The notes beneath the pieces are model-generated. The model did no database searches. It was given only the letters and a program-made list of their open reading frames with translations, and had not been told where the DNA came from. The translations under genes were made by a program, and so were the position numbers. From the IMG/VR virus record IMGVR_UViG_3300014059_000006, positions 43,909 through 107,908 of that record: 64,000 nucleotides of DNA; one strand, 5' to 3'. This document shows positions 1-11,200 of this stretch, one piece after another. Each line of letters begins with the position of its first letter. Position 1 is the first letter of the stretch. This stretch comes from a virus. Taxonomy: Duplodnaviria; Caudoviricetes.

Positions 1-144
1 ACTTTGAGAGGTATGAATGTTACTAACTATGACGAAAAGTATCTATTAGCGTTCCACTTCAAAGAAGATGTTGACACTAGTGCTTTCGAAAGCTTAATTA
101 CCGGGTACGCTGCATTGAATAATGTAGAATTAGAAACCTACTAA
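1..144 (+). CDS. 3' end of an upstream gene (partial), probably structural
   Basis: Frame 1 is open from the window start (TLRGMNVTNYDEKYLLAFHF...ELETY) to TAA at 142-144, followed by a strong terminator. The structural role is inferred from context only. Confidence 0.6.
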   Translation, partial: TLRGMNVTNYDEKYLLAFHFKEDVDTSAFESLITGYAALNNVELETY

Positions 145-168
145 TTAAACTGAAAATATTTTAACCCT

Positions 169-210
169 AAATGCGGAGGAGAACGAAAAACTTCTCCGCA
201 TTTTTATTTT
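169..210 (+). terminator. Rho-independent terminator
   Basis: Inverted repeat AAATGCGGAG...CTCCGCATTT followed by a T-rich tail, just after a stop codon. Confidence 0.85.
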
Positions 211-218
211 AAACTAAC

Positions 219-761
219 ATGATAAGTAAACTAGCATTACAATTTTACGAAGACTATAATAGTACAACTTTAACTATTATTGACAGGTCTATCTACAACG
301 AAGATATAACTGTGGGGTGTGAACGTTTGTTAATCACTCTTCCGGGTTTTGTACATCCTATAACTGTTCCTATTTCATCCGGTTTTAATGAAGCACTCAC
401 CGCATATGATTTAAAACTTACAAATAGAAACAATTCAAACTTAATGAAACTTCCTGACGGACTATATATTATTAATTATTCAATATGTCCTAATGATGAA
501 GTTTATGTAGAATATAATTACTTACGTCAAACAGAAACATATAAGAAGTACTTTAAGAAATTATGTTCATTACAATTATTAGGTTGTGAGGAAAAGAAAT
601 CCACTGCAGAAATCATTAAAAAACTTCAGACAATAGATATGTATCTTCAAGCTGCGAAAGCTTACGTAGAAGAATGTGGAGCCCCTGTACGTGGATTAGA
701 ACTACATGCATATGCTAATAAGTTATTAGATAAGTTAAATATTGATTGTAATTGTAAATAA
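219..761 (+). CDS. Putative virion structural protein (head-tail region)
   Basis: 180-aa ORF with LPDGLYIINYSICP and a C-terminal DCNCK. It lies in the structural block; the function is inferred from position. Confidence 0.55.
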   Translation: MISKLALQFYEDYNSTTLTIIDRSIYNEDITVGCERLLITLPGFVHPITVPISSGFNEALTAYDLKLTNRNNSNLMKLPDGLYIINYSICPNDEVYVEYNYLRQTETYKKYFKKLCSLQLLGCEEKKSTAEIIKKLQTIDMYLQAAKAYVEECGAPVRGLELHAYANKLLDKLNIDCNCK

Positions 762-782
762 AACATTAAAAATAAAACTGAT

Positions 783-920
783 ATGATACTAAATGGAAAA
801 AATGTATGCGATGTGTGCAAATCCTGTTTTACATGTGGTACTCCTAAAAAAACATTGGTAAAAGGGAGTGTCATAAAAGAATTGTGTCCACGTTGTTATA
901 ATATAGAAAAAGATAAATAA
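783..920 (+). CDS. 45-aa Cys-rich (zinc-finger-like) protein, absent from the ORF track
   Basis: MILNGKNVCDVCKSCFTCGTPKKTLVKGSVIKELCPRCYNIEKDK has three CxxC motifs. Its stop overlaps the next ATG (TAATG at 918-922). Confidence 0.7.
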   Translation: MILNGKNVCDVCKSCFTCGTPKKTLVKGSVIKELCPRCYNIEKDK

Positions 921-1186
921 TGTACCCTTCAGAAATCAAAACAAAAATTGATTGTTGTTTTGCAGACGACATGTACCAGATATATCAATTAAATAGATAT
1001 GGTATTAGTCCATGTAATACAATAGACACTCAACGTACGTATGAATTAAACAACTTACGTAAAGTGTATAATTTTTATAATAGTTTAGTTTTCTCAGGAG
1101 ATTGTGATATAAACCCTGCTTATAACCAGCCAGTTTTCGGGGGATGTAATGTTAATAAACTGGTTGAAAAAATATCATTACTATAA
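920..1186 (+). CDS. Hypothetical small virion protein
   Basis: 88-aa ORF translationally coupled within the structural block. Confidence 0.6.
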   Translation: MYPSEIKTKIDCCFADDMYQIYQLNRYGISPCNTIDTQRTYELNNLRKVYNFYNSLVFSGDCDINPAYNQPVFGGCNVNKLVEKISLL

Positions 1187-1191
1187 ACAAA

Positions 1192-3129
1192 ATGACAACA
1201 CCTACAAGGTCAAATAATAGAAACTTCACCCCATGTACTCCGACAAGTTCAGAATGCATAATATGGGAAAATCAATCTTTACCTACGTGTATAGAACTGT
1301 GTCACGGAGATACAGTTTCTGACGTGTCTGTAAAAATTGCAAATATTGTATGTGAAATACAAAGTTCATTGGATTTTACAACACTAGACCTTTCTTGTAT
1401 CACTGAGACAGATAGGTCCTTATCAAATATTTTAGAAAGTTTTGCAAGAAATCATTGTAGTTTAGCTGCACGAGTTTACTTGTTAGAACATCCTGTAGGA
1501 GTGTCTGGTGTTTCTGGAGTTACAGGAACTGCTGCACCATTTGGTACAAATCTTTCTTGTCTCCCTACTTTATTAAGTAGACCTGTCCCATCAACTGGAT
1601 TAACAAATAATGAAATCATTCAATGGATAGTAGATGGTGTTTGTGAAGTTAGTAAAAATTTAAGTGATGCGATTGTTGATTTAACAATATTAATAAACAA
1701 TCGTTCGGGTTCTGGTTCTTCATCAATTCCTATAGTTGCTTCCAATTGTTTATTTGGGACACCTATCCCAATTGACCAAGCTTGGATATACTTAGACGAA
1801 GTATTTTGTGATTATATCGAACAATTGGGTACTATATCGGATATAGAAGCGGCACGTGTCCAAGAAAGTGATTGTATTACAAATATAAACACTGTTTTAG
1901 GTACATCATTAGTTGCTTCTACTAATCAAGCAGAAGCTATAAAAAACTTGTGGGAAGTTGTATGTAATTTAACAAGTCAGATAGATTCTATGACAGCAAT
2001 AGTAAATAATTGTTGTTCATTTAATTGTAAAGACTTTGAAATTACTATGACAACTTATGGGTATGATTCTGCAGCTAACACTTTAGATATACGTTTATTA
2101 TTTAATGGGTCTTTAACACTTCCTACATCTGTGTATGATTTTACAAACGACCCTACAAATACAATAACATTGACAGACCACACTGGTTTTTCATTATCTC
2201 CTTTTTTAGATATTACTGATGATAGTACATATACTGATATATCTCTTACAGGATTAGATTTATCTCAAGATATAACCATAACTGCTACAATTGGTTTTAC
2301 TGTTGTAGAAATTAATGGTGATGAACGTGAGTTTTCTTGTTCTAAATGTCTCCAAACAATATTTAGAAGTAATATTGGATGTGCTTTTTGTCATTTAATT
2401 ATTGGTGGTACAGACTTAGACGTACGGATGACATATTCTGTCAATGGTGTTTCACAGACAATAACTATAACTTCCGCAGGTACTTATGTAATTCCAGCTA
2501 ATTCAGTAATAGAAAGTATATTGGTTATTTCAGGCTCTATGTTTACAATAGCTTCTGAATCTTGCCCTTCATTAGAGTTTCCTGAATATACAACTTTATC
2601 ATGTTATGCATTTGTAATAGACGGTGACTTCTTTAATGGTGCCCCAGATGCTCCAACAGACGGGTCAGAATTCTTTTATTATATTGATGGATATATGATA
2701 GACGGTGTGGAGTATTTATACAACACTAATATTCGTTGTGATATAGCACAAGAACGGGATTATCCTGCTATGACTTCTGGAGATTCTGAAACTTGTACAG
2801 AAACTTTTGATACATCACCTTTAACAATGTTTAATGTATCTTATAATTATTTGACAGATATTCCTACCAATCCATATATAACAGAATTTAATCGGGTTTG
2901 TCGATTTGCATCTTTAAATACATCTACAGAACCGGATACTTACGATACTAAATATGTTAGTTTATTGGTCGAGGCCGTTTCCGGAAAAACCATTTTCTTA
3001 AAAATGACCGCAAAAGAAACCACTAATGACACTGACAGTACACTTATTCCTAACCCCGAAGTATATCTAAAAGGTGTGGAAATTACTTCAGGAGATTGTG
3101 ATTGTTGTAATGTACATAACGGAACTTAA
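1192..3129 (+). CDS. Cys-rich putative virion fibre/structural protein
   Basis: 645 aa, acidic and Cys/Thr-rich. Its N-terminal motif (SSECIIWENQSLPTC..GDTV) is shared with the next gene. Confidence 0.6.
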   Translation: MTTPTRSNNRNFTPCTPTSSECIIWENQSLPTCIELCHGDTVSDVSVKIANIVCEIQSSLDFTTLDLSCITETDRSLSNILESFARNHCSLAARVYLLEHPVGVSGVSGVTGTAAPFGTNLSCLPTLLSRPVPSTGLTNNEIIQWIVDGVCEVSKNLSDAIVDLTILINNRSGSGSSSIPIVASNCLFGTPIPIDQAWIYLDEVFCDYIEQLGTISDIEAARVQESDCITNINTVLGTSLVASTNQAEAIKNLWEVVCNLTSQIDSMTAIVNNCCSFNCKDFEITMTTYGYDSAANTLDIRLLFNGSLTLPTSVYDFTNDPTNTITLTDHTGFSLSPFLDITDDSTYTDISLTGLDLSQDITITATIGFTVVEINGDEREFSCSKCLQTIFRSNIGCAFCHLIIGGTDLDVRMTYSVNGVSQTITITSAGTYVIPANSVIESILVISGSMFTIASESCPSLEFPEYTTLSCYAFVIDGDFFNGAPDAPTDGSEFFYYIDGYMIDGVEYLYNTNIRCDIAQERDYPAMTSGDSETCTETFDTSPLTMFNVSYNYLTDIPTNPYITEFNRVCRFASLNTSTEPDTYDTKYVSLLVEAVSGKTIFLKMTAKETTNDTDSTLIPNPEVYLKGVEITSGDCDCCNVHNGT

Positions 3130-3158
3130 TAAATAAAACTTTAATTTAAAATAAAATA

Positions 3159-4772
3159 ATGGCATGTCCTAACCCAAATTGCAGCGACTACGTCGCAAAT
3201 TGTACTAATTACTCATATGTATGTCCTGCATGTAGTGATTGTTGTACTGATACTATAAACTCTAAGTGTGTAGTGTATAAAGGAGCAGCACTTACTTGTG
3301 TCCCTGCTACAACTAATGATACAATAGAGGCTATTATTATAGCCCTAAATGCATCGTTGGCCACCACGGTTTGTAAAACGTACGATATACAGTGTTTAGG
3401 TGGAGCATCTAATGCATCCACTGTTACAACTATTCAGGCCCTTATTGATGAAGCTTGTACAGAAAATACAAACTTGTTTGATACTACATGTTTAGGTGGT
3501 GATGCTGACGTAAGTATTTATACTGCGATGTCAGACGTAATTACAAAAATATGTGCTTCGTCTGCTACATATCCTTCATTTGACACATCATGTTTAACTG
3601 ACGGTACTGCTGTAGATAACTTACAACATGCTGTGGAACTATTAATTATTGATGCTTGTGCCGGTCCAACTTGTACATTAGATTGGGAATTAATAGATGA
3701 AGTTCCTGCGGATTTAACTGATACCGCAATATGTGATATATTCACAGCTATATTAGCAAATATAAAATGTTTGAAATACAATTTCTCTAGTGATTTTGAA
3801 ATTACTGGAAGTTGTCCTAGTAGTATTGCATTAGATTATGCAGTTGTTGCTCCGGCAGTTTTAGCAGAAATTGATGGTGACGAAACACTTACTGAGTCAT
3901 TTAATGACATAGTAGGACTACGTGTATTTGCAAACGAAACTACAGGACCTAATAGTATTGAACAAACCTTAGCATTCACTGAACAATTTAATGTAGAAAC
4001 CCTTACTCTTGTACCATATAATTTTACATTGCGTATAGGTAATGGTGGAGCAGGTAACGTGTTTGTCGGATTAAAAACCGGTACAAATATTTATAAGGCC
4101 CCTGTTTCAATACTATTGAGTAACACCACGGCTATTAAAGCATTTTTAGATGGTACAGGATTATCAACATTCACTGTGACTGCTGGAATCGGTTATGTTG
4201 ATGTTTCTTTTATTATGGATGGAGATGGGGTAACATGGTTTCCTCAAATAGTTTGGCAAAATGTTGCGGCATCTACAGACTTATATTCAACATTAAATAC
4301 TGCTACACAAAATAGTGTATCCCAGACTAATTATTTAAAAATAGGAGTGAAAGCTCCTGAAGCATGGACTACTGCATCATTAAGTAGTGGGTGGACAGGT
4401 ACAATTAAATACAGATTTAACCCATTAAATAATTCGATAGAAGTACGTGGTGGAGCAATAACTAGAGTATTAAGTGCTGGTGAATTAACATCTGCTGCCC
4501 CTATAACTCAGGCTATTTTTTCTATAGGGTCGTACACTTCTGATGGAGATAATTATCAAGTGGCCCATACATTAACCGATACTGTTACACAATCTATTTA
4601 TACAGGAACTGTTGCTAATTCTGACCAAGTCTCTGCAAGGTTTAGAACTAATGTTTATATAGCAAACGGTAGTAGTAATGTTTATGTTAGTATTAAAGAC
4701 TCGTTACGTTCCGGGTCCACATCTTCAGAAACATTAATCGTTACTGTACCTACATTTCAAATCTTTACTTAA
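3159..4772 (+). CDS. Cys-rich putative tail fibre/structural protein
   Basis: 537 aa with a Cys-rich N-terminus, repeated [FY]DxxCLxx motifs and a beta-rich fibre-like C-terminus (W...L..GWTG.I.YR). Confidence 0.6.
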   Translation: MACPNPNCSDYVANCTNYSYVCPACSDCCTDTINSKCVVYKGAALTCVPATTNDTIEAIIIALNASLATTVCKTYDIQCLGGASNASTVTTIQALIDEACTENTNLFDTTCLGGDADVSIYTAMSDVITKICASSATYPSFDTSCLTDGTAVDNLQHAVELLIIDACAGPTCTLDWELIDEVPADLTDTAICDIFTAILANIKCLKYNFSSDFEITGSCPSSIALDYAVVAPAVLAEIDGDETLTESFNDIVGLRVFANETTGPNSIEQTLAFTEQFNVETLTLVPYNFTLRIGNGGAGNVFVGLKTGTNIYKAPVSILLSNTTAIKAFLDGTGLSTFTVTAGIGYVDVSFIMDGDGVTWFPQIVWQNVAASTDLYSTLNTATQNSVSQTNYLKIGVKAPEAWTTASLSSGWTGTIKYRFNPLNNSIEVRGGAITRVLSAGELTSAAPITQAIFSIGSYTSDGDNYQVAHTLTDTVTQSIYTGTVANSDQVSARFRTNVYIANGSSNVYVSIKDSLRSGSTSSETLIVTVPTFQIFT

Positions 4773-4821
4773 AAATATTCGCAAATTTTATTTTGTTAGT
4801 TTTGTTTATGCGATTACTAAT

Positions 4822-4848
4822 GAGCCTCCTTCGGGGGGCTTGTTTTTT
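4822..4848 (+). terminator. Rho-independent terminator with UUCG loop
   Basis: AGCCTCC-TTCG-GGGGGCT followed by TGTTTTTT. Confidence 0.85.
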
Positions 4849-4869
4849 AAAAAACTAATGTTACCTTTG
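4839..4869 (+). promoter_or_regulatory. Bacteroidota primary-sigma promoter (-33/-7)
   Basis: CTTG-N19-TACCTTTG matches the TTTG / TAnnTTTG consensus and lies about 20 nt before the ATG at 4892. Confidence 0.65.
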
Positions 4870-4891
4870 TATTAATAATTAAAAAAATATA

Positions 4892-6163
4892 ATGAATCTA
4901 AACGAAGTTGTAGAAAAATTTAGAAAGTATCCAGCTAACATGGGATGTGGAAGTGGGAAATTAGCTAAGAGATATGACACTACGCCTGAAATAGTAAAAC
5001 AGGCTCGCGAAATTGTTCGTAAAGAAGTTAAAGAAGATTTTATTTATGAAGTGAAATCTATTGTAAAAGAAATGGTGGGAATTACAGAGTTAGAAACCGA
5101 CCATTCTTCTGGAGCTCAGAAGTTCCAAGTAAACTCTGACAAACCACTTTCTCCTAAAGAAATAGAAGAAATGGTTGGCGTGGACAACATCTCTACGTTT
5201 GTAGACCGTAGTTGGTTAAAGAGTCATAAAAATGGAACATGGACTTATTCCGTTCTTACAATATGTAAGATAAAAGATTTTTACAATGCTGCAGAATTAG
5301 ATAAACGTTTAAAAGAATTATTCGATGATTCTTATGGAACAGAATTAAATTATGACCCTCGTCCAAGTGATAAAGCATTATTTGTGTATATTGCTGACGA
5401 CCACGCGGGTTTAGTATTAAAAGATTCCTTATATGGAAAAGAATATTCTTCGTCTATATATCAATGTAGGTTGGAAACAGTAGCTCAAGAAATTAAAAAC
5501 TTAGACAAACATTTCCAGGAACTTTATATAATTCGTCTTGGTGATGAGATGGATGGATACAATGGTAAGACTACAAGATATGACCATGATTTAGGGTCTC
5601 TTTCAAATAAAGAACAATTTGATATTTATACGACAGCAAACAAACAGTTTTACAATAGTGTTTTTTCTTCAGGAGTCGCAAACAATTATCATCTGATAAC
5701 ACTTTCCAACTCTAACCATACCGGTAAAGGTTTTTCTCATATGGCTAATAAAGCATTAGAGTTTTGGTTAGAAGCTAAATATCCTTTTGTCAATGTGTCA
5801 CAACAAGATAGATTTATAGATGTAATTACTTTTGGTAATCACATCATAGGACTGACACACGGTAAAGACGAACAGTTTATGAAATCTCCTCTTCCTTTAA
5901 ATTTGGATTATAAAACCGATTTATGGCTTATGGAATATTACAAACGTTATGTTCATGATGGAGCTTTTGTTTCCACCATTAAGGGTGATATTCACAAATT
6001 CAATATGAACCAGGGTAAATCAGGAAGATATGTAAATGTACCTGCTATTTCTACAGGAAGTGCATGGGTTGAACATAATTTTGGAGACAGTGAGGCTGGT
6101 GTTGTTATGGAAATTTATACTGCTAATAATAAGAACGTAATTACAATTCCTGTTTGGTTCTAA
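4892..6163 (+). CDS. Calcineurin-like metallophosphoesterase with N-terminal HTH-like region
   Basis: Motifs ADDH, LGDEMDG, SNSNH, THG and GDIH occur in the order expected for the metallophosphoesterase fold. Confidence 0.75.
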   Translation: MNLNEVVEKFRKYPANMGCGSGKLAKRYDTTPEIVKQAREIVRKEVKEDFIYEVKSIVKEMVGITELETDHSSGAQKFQVNSDKPLSPKEIEEMVGVDNISTFVDRSWLKSHKNGTWTYSVLTICKIKDFYNAAELDKRLKELFDDSYGTELNYDPRPSDKALFVYIADDHAGLVLKDSLYGKEYSSSIYQCRLETVAQEIKNLDKHFQELYIIRLGDEMDGYNGKTTRYDHDLGSLSNKEQFDIYTTANKQFYNSVFSSGVANNYHLITLSNSNHTGKGFSHMANKALEFWLEAKYPFVNVSQQDRFIDVITFGNHIIGLTHGKDEQFMKSPLPLNLDYKTDLWLMEYYKRYVHDGAFVSTIKGDIHKFNMNQGKSGRYVNVPAISTGSAWVEHNFGDSEAGVVMEIYTANNKNVITIPVWF

Positions 6164-6210
6164 TAAAATTAGCTTTTTCACTCTATTTTACTTATATTTA
6201 GATATATACT

Positions 6211-6747
6211 ATGCGAACATTTGACCCAAAAAAACCACGATTCCGTAAAGACAAAGGAACCACTATAAAAATAGTGAGTAAGGTTTTTTTTAAAAAGTAT
6301 AGAAAAAAATATAAAACATCATCAATAGATACATATGTAAAAATGAGAAACGTATTGGCAGTACTACATGAAAAGATAACAGACATTATTGCTACAGAAC
6401 GCGGAGGATTTGATTTAGCACAATTAGCAAATATTGTTACAGTTGCTTATACTCCATACACAAAAACTCTTCAAGATAAACATAAATATATTGATTACTC
6501 ATTGTCAAAAAATGTCGATAAAGTTGTAAAATATACAAATCTTCATACAGACGGTAAAGCGTGTCGTATATATTTTTCAATGGAATTACCAAAATATAAA
6601 TTTCTATATAGAAGGATGTGGGGGTTTACTCCCACACTTCCTTTTCGTAGAAAAGTTTCTCGTGAGTTTTCAAACAATTATTTACGATTTATAGAAGTGG
6701 AACATGGAGAATCAATGCGTAAAATATTTCAAACAACTTTTCAATAA
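6211..6747 (+). CDS. Basic IHF/HU-like protein of crAss-like phages
   Basis: 178-aa Lys/Arg-rich ORF directly before the tail ring genes, as in crAss-like gene order. Confidence 0.55.
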   Translation: MRTFDPKKPRFRKDKGTTIKIVSKVFFKKYRKKYKTSSIDTYVKMRNVLAVLHEKITDIIATERGGFDLAQLANIVTVAYTPYTKTLQDKHKYIDYSLSKNVDKVVKYTNLHTDGKACRIYFSMELPKYKFLYRRMWGFTPTLPFRRKVSREFSNNYLRFIEVEHGESMRKIFQTTFQ

Positions 6748-7412
6748 TGGCCCAAAAAACTATAGCCCAATATATATCCGGTATACGTGGAGACCTGAAA
6801 TTAAATAATGCTGATACGCGTATTGACGATAGGCATATCTATTTAAAAATGGTGGACATACGTGCTACACTTATTAATCAGTCTACGCAGTGGATAATGA
6901 GTAGTGTGGATATATTCCAGTCTTTATTTAAAACTGAATTGATAGAAGTAGATACTGTGGAAGCTTGTGGTGTTCAAACTAAATGTAAAATAAAAAGAAC
7001 TAAGGACAAACTCCCTATAATTTTAGAAGATGACGAGGGACCCTTGATAAAAAGAATAACATCGTTAGATGGAAGTATAGAATTAAATCCTATTACTTCT
7101 TCAGGATTTCTAAGAAAATTAAAAAAATCAACTTACAAATATGACAAGAACCATTACTTTTGGTTTTCTAATGGGTACGCATATTTTCCGGATATCGAAT
7201 GGGATTATGTTTTTATAGAGGCATACTTTGATGTAGATATTGAAAATGGATGTGAAGTGATAGATTATTGTAGAGATTTTCAGGAAAATAAATTTCGTAT
7301 TCCAGAAAGAATGGTAAATACGTTAGTTGCGATGACTACAGAAAGTTTATTAAAAACATATGTTCAAATCCCACAGGATACCAAAATGGACAAAAATGAA
7401 AATTCTAAATAA
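6747..7412 (+). CDS. Putative tail ring/tubular protein
   Basis: 221 aa, TAATG-coupled, with a C-terminal FRIPERMV..L.......L...QIPQD pattern typical of crAss-like ring proteins. Position supports the call. Confidence 0.6.
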   Translation: MAQKTIAQYISGIRGDLKLNNADTRIDDRHIYLKMVDIRATLINQSTQWIMSSVDIFQSLFKTELIEVDTVEACGVQTKCKIKRTKDKLPIILEDDEGPLIKRITSLDGSIELNPITSSGFLRKLKKSTYKYDKNHYFWFSNGYAYFPDIEWDYVFIEAYFDVDIENGCEVIDYCRDFQENKFRIPERMVNTLVAMTTESLLKTYVQIPQDTKMDKNENSK

Positions 7413-8269
7413 TGATAACTAAATATACTACTCAATATAAAACTTTTGAAAGTTTGATGGCTGATATAGAAGATGATTTAACTTCATTTTCTAATGAGAC
7501 TTATGTATATTCTGACAAATACATTAAGATTGTACAAACTTGCAATAGTAAACTTTCAACTAAAATTAATCCAATTAAGGAAGATGTTATAACGGTTACA
7601 AATAAAAAAGGAAAACTTCCTAAAGATTTTAAAGTGTTGGAACAAGTGTATGCCTGTGCCCCCACCACTATAATACAGTCTACATTGAATTTTAATAAAG
7701 AGGTTTGTCCTGCATATACTTTTTCAGAAGTACGTAACTGTTGTAATAATATTGCATACATAGAAGACCCTAGAAAGTTATTTAGTTTCGTGGTGTACAA
7801 ACAAGAAATAAAATCTCTAGTTAATGTCACTAGATTGTTTCCTGTTTCTATAATTAACTCTTTAAAATTCTGTAGTGCAAATTGCCCTACAAGAGCAACT
7901 ACAAATATCCAGATACAAATAGAAAGACAAGGAGATGATTTTTATATTCTCTCTGATTATGATGGGGAATTCTATATTTCCTATGTTTCTGAAATGGTGG
8001 ACGACGAAGGAAATCTTTTAATTTTAGACCATCCTTTAGTAATACCATATTATGAATACGCAATTAAAGAACGCATATTTGAAGATGTGTGGCTTAATGA
8101 TTTATTACAAGTTCAGAATAAACTTTCATATTTAAAAGAGAGTTTGAGAACTGCACAAATGGACGCATTACGTTTTGTTAGAACTTCTGATTTTGCAGAA
8201 CTAAAACAAGTTTATTTTGATAACAGAAAAAGATTTAAAATGAAATACAACGATATTATACAAGAGTAA
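7412..8269 (+). CDS. Tail tubular protein (P22 gp4-like Ttub, putative)
   Basis: 285 aa with GKLPKDF and ISY....DDEGNLLILD motifs, immediately before the large tail stabilisation gene. Confidence 0.65.
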   Translation: MITKYTTQYKTFESLMADIEDDLTSFSNETYVYSDKYIKIVQTCNSKLSTKINPIKEDVITVTNKKGKLPKDFKVLEQVYACAPTTIIQSTLNFNKEVCPAYTFSEVRNCCNNIAYIEDPRKLFSFVVYKQEIKSLVNVTRLFPVSIINSLKFCSANCPTRATTNIQIQIERQGDDFYILSDYDGEFYISYVSEMVDDEGNLLILDHPLVIPYYEYAIKERIFEDVWLNDLLQVQNKLSYLKESLRTAQMDALRFVRTSDFAELKQVYFDNRKRFKMKYNDIIQE

Positions 8270-11200
8270 TGGCAGAGTTCCAAGATACGCGAGATATTAA
8301 AACTAATTCGTTTACATCTTTTATGAATAAAGATGTGGACCCTGTTTTTTTAAAAGATGGGCAGATAACCCATGCAATAAATTCTCAGTTTAATTCTTTG
8401 TCAGGAGACCTTTTATTTCATCAAAATGAAGAGGGTAACTTATTTTGTGTAACGGTTCCCTATATTCATATAGGAACTATTCCCCTTAAAGACAATAAAT
8501 TTTTATTATTCTCTACTGATAATGTAAATTCAGAGATAGGAATATTAAATAAAACTAATTGTGAATATGTAACACTTGTTAATAACAAATGTTTAAATTT
8601 CAAAACTACAAATTTAATACGTGGGGCGGCATCTGAAAATTCTGATTGTGAAGAAATAGCTTATTGGTGTGACGATTTAAACAATAATCGTTATTTAAAT
8701 ATTTCTAATCTTCCTTATAAATTCACAACAAAAAACGATGAGTGTAAAACAAAAGAATATACTTCTGAAATCGATTGTGACCAGTTAGAATTAAATCCAT
8801 TTATAAAAATACCTTGTGTACAATTATCCAAATCTAAATCAGGAGGAGGACTTTTAAATGGTAGTTATCAAGTTTCTGTTACATATTCTATCAAAGGTCA
8901 GACAGTGTCTGATTTTTATGGAACAACTCAACCGGTTTCTATTTTTTCTCATGAGAATACCGGAAAAGCCCTTGATGTAGAAATAACTAATTTAGATGAA
9001 GATTTTCCTGAATACAAACTTGCGTTAGTTGTTACTATCGCACAACAAACAACTGTGTACGAAATAGGAACTTATCCTACATCACAGAACAAAGTTACAA
9101 TTACAGGAGTATCTCCCACTGATATACAAATTCCCCTTTCGCAATTATATGTTCAAAAGACTGTATATTCGAAAGCCAAGGATGTTATCAATATAAATAA
9201 CCAATTATTATGGTCAGGACCTTCTTCTCAACCTGAGATAAATTATCAACCTCTTGTGAATCAAGCATCTTTGGAATGGGTGGCATATGCTGTACCAATT
9301 GCAGAAGATAATTCAGATTTACAATCTTATCTACGAGACGAAGTGTATTCATTTGGGACGCGTCTTGTTTACAACAATGGAAGTAGAAGTGCAACATTCC
9401 CTTTTATAGGAAGACCTGCGTCTGCTGCCGAAAAGAAATTAGTTTCTGGAGAAGACGCTTTTGAACTTTTGACAAAAGGTTGTGATAAAAAAACAGAATT
9501 ACGTTACTGGCAAGTATATAACACTGCTACAGGATATGTGAACACAGTTCCACTTGGATTGTGTGAATATAAAGAAGTGGGTAGTGGGACATTTGGGTAT
9601 TATGAATCAACAGAACATTATCCAGATAATAAAAATACTTATGGAAATTTAGCCTGTACACCAATAAGACATTTTCGTTTTCCTGATGATTCTCTCGCTC
9701 CTCGTACTATAAAAAATAGTGAGGGTGTGGTTACACATACAATTCATTTAGGAGTGAGGGTTAAAAATCTATTGCACCCTAAAGATTTGGAAGGAAACAA
9801 TATTTCTTCTTTACAGTCTATTGAAATACTTAGGGGAGACCGTATAACAGATAAGTCTATTTTAGGGAAAGGATTATTATACAATATGGGTATGTATGAT
9901 TACAAAATCACTAAAGATAAAACTGTAGGTGGGTTATACCCTAACTATCCTTATAATGATTTAAATACCGACCCTTTTTTATCCAAGACTCAAACTAAAG
10001 GGGCAGTAGGAAAAGAAAAAAACTACAAGGCTTTTGGAGAGTTTTCTAAAGATTATTATACTTTCCATTCTCCTTCTTTTTCGTTTAGTAAACCATCTAT
10101 AGGTACAGAACTTAAAATAGAAGGAATACAGAGTGGGGTAGTTAATACGTTTTTTGAACCGGTATATGCACACCCAAAAAATAAACTCATTACCGATGTT
10201 GCATTTACTGTAGCAGCGTTGTTAGGATTGGGAGAAGCTTATTTTGCCACAAGAGAAAAAACTATAACAACAACTGTTGTTGAAAGTATGGACCCTCTTG
10301 TTGCAGGTACAACAGCTCCTGTAGGAACTGCTTATACCGCAGCACTTGAAGCATACGCAGTTGCTGTCGAAGCTGCCAAATTAGCTGGAACATTTGACCC
10401 TACAGGATGTATAGAAACTGCTGCAGTGAAAACAGCTAGGGTTGCTTTATTCTCTGCCACCGCCGCGTTAGCTACTGTAGGTGGTGCTAAAACAACAGTG
10501 TCTGAAACAAAACAAGAAGATGCTATTAGTAGAATCCCTAATGTTTTAAAATGTCTAAATGGGATATACATGTTTGGATATTACTTTCAACAAGGTATGG
10601 AAACAGGTTTGTCTACTGTTAGAACATTTGCTAAATCAGAACAATACGCGTATCAAGTAAATTCTCATTGTCAATATGAAAACTTTGTTGCTTCCGGAAA
10701 AAACTCTAAACGCCGTGCCATTGAAGATGCGGTTTACTTATACCCTGCTGTACAAGATTTTAATAATAAGAAAGTAAACAACTATAAACGTGAAAGTTCT
10801 GTAATATTAAAACTAGAACGTTCGTTGAATTTTCCAACAATAAAAGATAATTCACGTAAGACAATGTCTAGTGCTAATGCATGCGATACAAAAAGTTATA
10901 GTGCAACCGCCTCATCTTATTATGGGTCAATAAAACAATCTCAACCTGCACAATACGGACAGATACAAAATATTAGATGGATAGACACGGGATATTGTTT
11001 TCCTATAAACACATCCTCTACTAAATATACAACAGGACTGATTTTAGGAGGAGATACATTTATAGGAAAGTTTTCTATAAAACGTAAATTCAATTACTTT
11101 AATCAAACCGCGTATAATCAAAATGACGATTTCGAATTTGATTACCGTAAGTATGTAAATATTCCGTACCCTAGGTATTGGATGGATTCAGAAGCTTATG

